This document shows, piece by piece, positions 54,531-64,000 of a stretch of 64,000 bases of DNA. Position 1 is the first letter of the stretch; the number at the start of each line of letters is the position of its first letter. This DNA is from the human T2T-CHM13v2.0 reference genome, Homo sapiens. The position numbers were made by a program, and so were the translations under genes. Location of the stretch: assembly GCF_009914755.1 (NCBI RefSeq), contig NC_060928.1, one strand, 5' to 3'. The notes beneath the pieces were generated by a model. It was not told the DNA's origin. It was given only the letters and a program-made list of their open reading frames with translations, and made no database searches.

Positions 54531-55105
54531 TTTATAATTTTCTGTCATAGTCTTCTGACATAGGGAAATGAAAAAAGATCAGATCACAGATTATAATACA
54601 AAAATCATAATTTTTATACACAGATTCTATTACAATAATGCTGCTTCATGTTTTGAAAGGCCTTATATTCTTTAAAATATGTACATCTAACAGAATTATT
54701 TAACTTGATAATTGTGTTTTAAATAATAAAGATATAATTATATATCCCTTTTCAATATATGAATTTTTATACAAAAGATTTCTAAATTAAATGTTAGTGT
54801 TGTCTTTAATTAAAGCAGTCTTTCCACAAATCTCAAAGTAATATTTGCAAGACTAAAAAAAGATAGCATCAGAATATTTCATTAATGCATAAAAATGTTT
54901 AAATTGCAATTTTTAATTCTGTGATGACTTATTGCAATAAAATTGAATTATGGCTTCTCAGGGAATGAGAGCAGAATAAGAATATGCATATATTTTATGA
55001 ACACCATTTATACAAAATATTGTAAGCTTTTTTTTAGTGAATGGACTTTTCTAAAGTAAACTAAAAACTGCATGTATTTATTTGCTGATCCATAACAAGT
55101 ATTTT

Positions 55106-55480
<375 letters not shown>

Positions 55481-56043
55481 TGAGTGGTATTTAGATATTT
55501 ATAAATTTGGTGTCTTGGGGAGTAGCTCGTTGTTTCCTTACACTGAAGCATATTTTCAGCACACCCTCGAAATTTAATTAAAATTCTATCAATGGGTTCA
55601 TTTTCTGCAATATAGTAGGACAGATGTTCAGAGGAACCCCACCCAATACAATGCATTTAAAACTTTTTCATGCATTGTTGAGCTATTAGTAAGGTAAGAC
55701 AAATGCATAGAGGCCAGAAAGTAGGCAAGTCATAGAGTCGGTGTTTTTCCTGGGATTCAGCTGATCCTGGTGGCTCAGAGGCTTGGTTTTAATATGCCAA
55801 GCATGTCAGGTTTAGGAGATGAGGCCTAGGGTTCTCTAGTTAGTGGAAAGATTTTTTAGTGTCTCCTTCACCAACTTAGGACTCCTGAAAGTCAATATAT
55901 CAGTGGTAAATTGGGGAAAAAATCATGCTCCACAAAGAAATATAAAAGTTAGTGTAAAGAGGTCTTCGTTTGGTAGTGTCTTTAGGAAACTGGCAGAAGC
56001 AATCAGAAATTTTTTTTTTTTAAGAACAATAGACTTTCAAGCC

Positions 56044-56044
<1 letters not shown>

Positions 56045-56090
<46 letters not shown>

Positions 56091-56182
56091 CCCTGTTGCT
56101 ATCATAAAGTACCAAGGACCTTCTAGAAGATCACCAATAGATACATACATACATATATACATACATACATATATACATATAC
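56045..56182. repeat. (CA)n and (TACA)n microsatellites
   Basis: Directly visible at 56045-56089 and 56141-56182. Confidence 0.9.
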
Positions 56183-56239
56183 AAATAAATGAAGAAGCTA
56201 ATTAGGAAACAATGAAGAATTATTATGGTCACAAACCGT

Positions 56240-56900
56240 AAGATTAGATGCAGAGAGATATGTTAAAGGACACAAATTATAGCTAGGTAGAATAAATATC
56301 TTCTTGTTATATACCAGTATATGATAATTATAGTTAACAACAATATATAGTTTCAAATAACTACAAAGAGGATATTGAATGTTCCCAACACGAAGAAATG
56401 ATAAATGTCTGTCATAATAAATATGCTAGTTACCCTGATCACTATACAGGGTAATATAGTATTTGAACCATCACTATGTACCCCATAGAATGTACAATTT
56501 TTATGTGACAATTTAAAAAAAATAAAGTAGAATAAAGTATATAAAAAGAAACTGCAAGTTCAGATCTCAAAATACTGCTGATGTTAAAATTATCAGACAC
56601 AGAATACAAATGTTAAAATTATCAGACACAGAATATAAAGTAAATATACTTAAGGGACTTGAAGAAATAAGAATGGGAATTGATAGTATGAAAAAGGAGA
56701 AAGATAACAACAATTTACCTGGTAGCTTTTAAAAACACAAAATAAGTCTTCTCAAAATTAAAGTGACCATCCCTGAACATAGTAAATGAATGGAAATGTG
56801 AAACATCTATTAGACACTATTGAAAAGAGTATTAGTTAACTGAAACATAGATATTTTTAAAAATCCAGAATGCAGAACAGAAAGAAAGGAGACAAAGATA
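56240..56900 (+). mobile_element. L1MA 3' end followed by an L1M ORF1-like remnant
   Basis: gaggatattgaatgttcccaacacgaagaaatgataaatg (L1MA 3' UTR); A-rich ORF1-like sequence afterwards. Confidence 0.7.
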
Positions 56901-56939
56901 CTCTAGTGAAAAAAATCAGTAAAAAACAGCAACAACGAA

Positions 56940-57490
56940 TAATTCCTGCCTCATGGAGCCTCATGGAGTAAAGATCAGCAGAAAACAGTAAACATAGAAA
57001 ATAATTATACACACACATGCATGGATACAAGTGTATAGATGGTGATAAATGCTAATACAAATATTGAATGAGGCTGAGATAGTGGAGGGAGTCTATGGGA
57101 GGGCACAGTGGTAATTTTAAATGAGCTGGCTAGGGCTTTGTTGCCAACTAGTATTTGGGTAAAACCATAAAGGAGTGCGGAAGTCATTCACGCAGATATC
57201 TGGGGAAGAACATCCCAGAACATTACAAAGGAACGCTGAGGAACTGACATGCTGGAAAAGAAGCCTAGAAGCCAAGATTGAAGTAGTTTGAGCCACAGGA
57301 GCCCAGGAAGGGATCAGGTGAGAGAGATAGCAAGAAACTGATCAGGAAGCACCTTTGGACCAGTGTAAGGACCTTGGCTTCTATGCTAAGTACAATGGGA
57401 AATCACAGGTGCATTATGAACATCAAAGAAACATGATTTGTACTGTAGTTTTAAAGGAAAAATTTGGTCTTCTGCTGAGTATAGACAGTA
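56940..57490 (-). mobile_element. L2 fragment
   Basis: ttcctgcctcatggagc...gcagatatctggggaagaacatcccag...gtaaggaccttggcttcta. Confidence 0.75.
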
Positions 57491-58887
57491 GCAAAAAAGA
57501 TAGTATACAGACTCAACAAACATAAGCCATTATTACTGACTTTATTATGTTATGGTACATTTTGTACAACTGCCATGGAACATATCCAGAACTTCTGGAG
57601 TCACATCGTGGAGGAGCAGAAAGAGTTCAAGATGTTCTCTAGATTTCTTATTTAAGATAAGGCCGAGTGTCATTCTAGGGCATCAGTAGAAACATGCTAA
57701 GTGTGCCAGCTGAGGAGCACAGATGGGGTAGGTAGAGGTGAGATGTAAAGAATTTGATTGTTTTCCAAGGCCAGAGTAGAGATTTAGCAGGAGTATTTCT
57801 GTGGACCTAAAGAGCATTGATCCAATCAGGGTTATAGCACTGTTCTAGAACTTTCTGGCTTTAAGACTTCAGTAAATCTCTAAATTTAGATTTGTCTTTG
57901 TTTCCTTTATAAAAATTTTTATTGTATAATAAAAACATCATATGCACAGAGAAGTATATGAAATATAAATGAACACCCAACAACACAACCTTTAATAACC
58001 CTCCCTCAGAATAGCCTCGATTCTGAATTTTTAAAATAATCCTACTTCTGTTTTAATTATACTTTAATTTTATCACCTTTGTATAAATTCCTGAACAAGA
58101 AATATTTCTTCTTTTTCTCTACTCTTTAATTCATTCAATAAATATTCATTTTTATGTATCCTTTTGGAATTTACCATTTTTACTTCGCATCATGTTTGTG
58201 AAATTCATCTATGTTAATAAAAGGAGCTATAGCTCATTAATTTTCACTGGTGTATAATATTACATTGTACAAATAAATATATGTTCATAATACATACTTA
58301 ATGAACATTTGAGTTGCTTTCAGAATTTTTTGCTATGATCATTTTTGTACAAACAACATACAGAAAACATTGTGGAGTGCATTTTCTGGATCAATATATC
58401 AAACTGCTTTCAAAAGTGTTTGTGCCAATTTACTCTCACAGTGCAGAATGCAAGTTTCCTTTATTGCACTTGGCTAACAAGATTAAGTATTGTCAGAAAT
58501 TTTAATTTTGCCAATATAAATTTTGTGTTTTTATTTCTCATTGTGTTTTTCTTTTTATTTCTCTGATTACTAGTAAAATAAAAAATTTTCATATATGTAT
58601 TGGTTAATCATATAGCTTCTTTTTTGAAGTGTTTATCTTCTGTCCCTTTTCATTTTAGATTCTTTTACTTTATTACTTTCTATTATAATTTTTGAGAAAA
58701 TAAACATAAATATAAAAATAAACTTAGACATAAATATTAATATAAATTAACATGCATATATATACATAGATATTCTAGATAATACTTCCTTGCCAGCTCT
58801 ATCTGTAACAAATTTTTTTTTCTCTCATTCTAGGGAATTATCTTTTTATACTAATACAAATGCTGTCAATGACAAAAAGTATTAAAA

Positions 58888-59245
58888 ATTTTTAGTTTGT
58901 TTTCATGATGCTGGTAAACACATACCAGAGACAGGACAATTTACAAAAGAAAGGGCTTTACTGGACTCACAGTTCCACGTGGTTGGGAAGGCCTCACAAT
59001 CCTGGTGGAAGGTGAAAGGCACATCTTACATGGCTGCAGACAAGAGAAGAGAACTTGTGCAGGAAAACTTCCCTTTATAAAACCATCAGATCTCATGAGA
59101 CTTATTCAATATCAAGAGAATAGCACAGGAAAGACCCACCCTCATGATTCAATTACCTCCCACCAGTCCCTGCCACAACACATGTATATTGTGGGATCTA
59201 CAATTCAAGATGAGATTTGGGTGGGAACACAACCAAACCATATCA
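58888..59245 (-). mobile_element. THE1B-like solo LTR
   Basis: ggactcacagttccacgtgg...aaccaaaccatatca. Confidence 0.9.
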
Positions 59246-60224
59246 GCATTTATAATTTAAAATAGTAAAATCTATCAACTTTATGTCTTATTTAAGAAAG
59301 GCTTCCTTTTTCAAAGTGATGAAAGCAATTTTCTATATTACATTCTAAAAGCTTTTGAGTTTCATTTTTATTTCTCTAGACCACTTGTGATTGATTTTTA
59401 TAGTATGATATAACGTAAAGGTATAATTGTATTTTTCCACATAGATAATTAATTATCTTAGCATCCTTTACTTGCTAAACTATCATTTTCTATCTTTACT
59501 ATTGAAACTCTTTAAAAAAACTAATTATTCATATTAGATAGGGCATATCTCCTCAATTTAGCCTTCTTCAAGACTATCTTGGTTATTCATTACATTTTAC
59601 AATTATATTAAAATTTATCAAAAAATGTACGGGAATGATTGAAATTGCTTTGAATCTATAGATGAATTTGAGAAAAAATTATAATCTTAATGTTGGATGT
59701 TCAAAACCATAAATGTGATTTCATACAAGGTACTTCACATTTTGATAATACTATGATCTTTCAAATTTTTCTTTTTATTGTTTTATACAGAAATATAATA
59801 CATTTTATATTTTTTCCCAGTTACATTGCTGAACTCTCTTATTACTTCTAAGATGTCTATAGATTTTTTTTCCTCTTTACTGCAGTGAATAGAAACATCA
59901 GTACAATGCTAAGGAGAATTTATTGTATCAGGCTTCCTTATGTCTGATGTTAAACAAAATTTAACAATACTTAAAATATTTCATTGTTAAGTATAATGTT
60001 TGCTATATGCTTATGAAGACATTCTATCTGTTAGGGGAACTTCTTTTTCTTCCCACACTGCATCTGATTTTAAATCATGAATAAATGTTGATTTATGTCA
60101 AACCTTTTCTGCAGCTACCCAGATGGACGTATGATTTTTCTGTCTTAATCTACTAATTCATCTAGTATTCCTTGGATAAATCTACCTTGATAATGATGGT
60201 TAATCTTTTAAAAAATTAACTACT

Positions 60225-60866
<642 letters not shown>

Positions 60867-61099
60867 TAGTGTGTTAATATTCCCTGGAGATTTTGCATCT
60901 TTTTACGTGAGACATGTTTTAAATTTTGAAATTTTCCTTTTTAATGCTGAAGGTTAAAATGTCTTTTTAACCAACATTGTATTAGCCTCATAACATGAGA
61001 TGTATTTTAGTACCCCTATCCAAAAGAAATTTTGAATAGCAGAGTTAACAGCCTCATAAAATAAATGGCCAAATGTGACCCCTTTTTACATATTTTTTC

Positions 61100-61430
61100 A
61101 GTAATTTATTCAACAACTATTTATTTAGAACCCACTGTGTGTCAGGTATTCTCCTAGATACTGGAGAGAGAGTGGTGAATGTAGTGGCCATTAATCTTTG
61201 TCTTCTGGAAACATACTCTAGTAAGATATGATAAAAATAAACACAGAAATAAAATGTGTAACTTAGCAGATGCTGATATGGATTACATGAATTATATGTA
61301 TGAATACATATACTGCAGACAAAGGAAGTAGGAAATGCTGGGATGGCAGGGCTCACAATTTTCAAGTGGTATTTACAGATGCTATCTCTACAGAGGTAAC
61401 CTTTTTAAAAAGGCCTGCTGGAAGCAAGGG
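61100..61430 (-). mobile_element. L2 3' end
   Basis: ttcaacaactatttatttagaacccactgtgtgtcagg. Confidence 0.7.
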
Positions 61431-62569
61431 TGGACACTCAGTGACTTCCATACTTAATTTGATATATTGTACACATAAAAATATGTGGGAATGACAATGA
61501 CTGTCATCTCACTCCTCAGCAACATACATCATTCCTATGTAGTTTAATCCAGGCACCCTCCGCACTCTGTTTCAACTAGGATCTCCCTCTAAGTATTCCA
61601 TACATTCTCTGAGTCTTTGTACCTTTTCTGAGGAGCTCAGTACAGTTTTCTCTACCTAACTTGGAAAGTATCCAAGCACATCTTAAATTATTTGATAACT
61701 TTTATAGTAGTTTTTTTTCTAACAAAAATAAGGCTAAGTGTTCTTCAGCAGAAATGAAATTCCATATAATATTAAATGGGCATACTAGAGGCTTCACAAG
61801 CCATAGATTATGGTGTATTATTCCTATGGCCTTAAAAAAAAGTCAAATACATTTCATTTTCTCTGGATTCAATCCTTATGAAGCATTGACATTTAATTCT
61901 TTCCCCAAGAGGTCCAGAAAATTCAGACATTAGGATGGGCTGAGACCCATAATCGCCAAGGTTTTAAGTATTACCAGACACTGAAAATATGTCTCTGGCC
62001 ATAAAATTGGCCTGAATCCTTAAAATTGTATTACTTTAACATTTCTTATTTATTAAATTTTGAATGTTGTAGGTGGGAAAAGAAAATATTAGGCATGCAC
62101 AATATATGTGTCTTTAAGATCTTGAAAATAACTGGTTTAGTTTTGTTCTTTAATGAGATCATAGCTTTTTTTTTTAGATTTTTCTCAGTTTTAGGTTGCA
62201 TAGCCAAGCACACTTGTCATTTTTTATTTTAATCCTGAGAAAGAAATGTTAATCTAAGTGTCTATCTCCAGCAATGAACTTTTAGGGCATCTGTCTGGGA
62301 AGAGATTATTATTAACACAACATTACAAGAATGCTGGCTGAACTGTTGTTGGTTCTTTTTTTCTTCTCCTCTTGTTAAATATGTTTGAAAATAGATCTTG
62401 AGTGGAAAATCTCTGTGCATGCAAAAGCATTATCAAAGCTTAGGATGTTGGTGATAACACCAGAGGAAAGACAAATAATAAAATAAATCTGTCCTGTGAT
62501 ATTAATTCTTCTTTTTGGAAAGCACAGCTCTGGGATTCTTATTGTGCATTACAGTCAAAGATAACAAAT

Positions 62570-62770
62570 GGAATTTGGAGACAATACACCTAAGCCTATA
62601 TCCGACCTCTCCCATTATTACCTGAGTGACCTTGAGCAACTTATATTTAACTCTCTGAGTCTTGATTTTCTTCTCCTATAAATAGGTTTAATAACACCTA
62701 CCTTACAGTCCTGCAGTGAAGATGAGCATTAAGGTGCACATCTGACACAAGTAAGTAATCAACAAATGGT
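62570..62770 (+). mobile_element. MIR
   Basis: gtgaccttgagcaacttatatttaactctctgagtct...ataacacctacctt. Confidence 0.7.
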
Positions 62771-62772
62771 GA

Positions 62773-63255
<483 letters not shown>

Positions 63256-63395
63256 TAAAACTGGCATAATTCAATGACCCCAGAATTAGTAAGACTTTCA
63301 TGAAATAATGGATGTAAAGTGTTTATAACAATGTCTAAAAAAGACATTCTCAACAAATGTTTACTGCTATTAATGTTATTATTAATAATAGTATT

Positions 63396-63669
63396 GGCCG
63401 GGTGCTGCAGCTCATGCCTGTAATCCCAACATTTTGGAAGGCCAAGGCAGGAGGATCACTTGAACACAGGAGTTTGAGACCAGCCTGGACATCATGGCGA
63501 AATCTCGTCTCTATCAAAAAATACAAAAATTTGCTGGGCATGCATCTGTGATCCCAGCTACTCAGGAGGCCGAAGTGGACTTGAGCCAGGCAGAAGTTTC
63601 AGTGAGCCATGATCATGCCACTGCACCACTGCACTCCAGCCTGGGTGACAGAGCCAGATCCTGTCTCAA

Positions 63670-63720
<51 letters not shown>
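63396..63720 (+). mobile_element. AluJ-like with an A/(TA)n tail
   Basis: ggccgggtgc...gatcctgtctc followed by A run and TA repeat. Confidence 0.92.
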
Positions 63721-63723
<3 letters not shown>

Positions 63724-63862
63724 CACACATAGGCTTTCTTTTCCACAAGAAACTCATTCATAAAAAGCAGTTAAATTGAGTTACTAATCATTGAGTAAGG
63801 AGTCTTGTCAGGAGGACTGCTTAAAGTTCTGAGGCTAAGCTCAGCCTTTAGAAAGTGCTCAC

Positions 63863-63978
63863 TGTAGATGATTTAAGATTAAGAATACAGTTTAAAGAAG
63901 ATCAGTAAATGAGATTATAATGTAGATGATTTAAGATTAAGAATACAGCTTAAAGAAGATCAATAAATGAGATTATAA
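63863..63978. repeat. 58-bp tandem duplication
   Basis: TGTAGATGATTTAAGATTAAGAATACAG...GAGATTATAA at 63863 and 63921, 2 mismatches. Confidence 0.95.
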
Positions 63979-64000
63979 GTGACTTAAAATAAATTTGCCC

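Overview
This is primate (human-like) AT-rich nuclear DNA, dominated by interspersed repeats. It holds about 15 Alus, several L1 and L2 fragments, MIRs, hAT and Tc1-mariner DNA-transposon relics, MaLR LTRs, a full-length THE1 element (28600-30874) and a ~6.7 kb HERV-L provirus (41121-47859, minus strand) inserted inside an MST/THE1-type LTR. I recognise no intact protein-coding gene. Most ORFs in the supplied track are Alu, L1, LTR or microsatellite read-throughs, and the rest are unrecognised. Only the HERV-L gag/pro/pol/dUTPase remnants are recognisable proteins, and they are broken. The most interesting signals are four. (1) A perfect 28-bp-stem hairpin in apparently unique sequence (37525-37592). 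(2) A triplicated DUX4-like motif in the HERV-L 5' LTR, which sits back-to-back with the TATA and splice-donor half of the host MaLR LTR. (3) A clean 144-nt, frame-preserving minus-strand exon candidate (24823-24966), plus weaker co-oriented candidates. (4) A MADE1 (miR-548-type) hairpin. I cannot demonstrate a new biological system from sequence alone. Repeat subfamily names come from recalled consensus sequences, and boundaries without target-site duplications (TSDs) are approximate.
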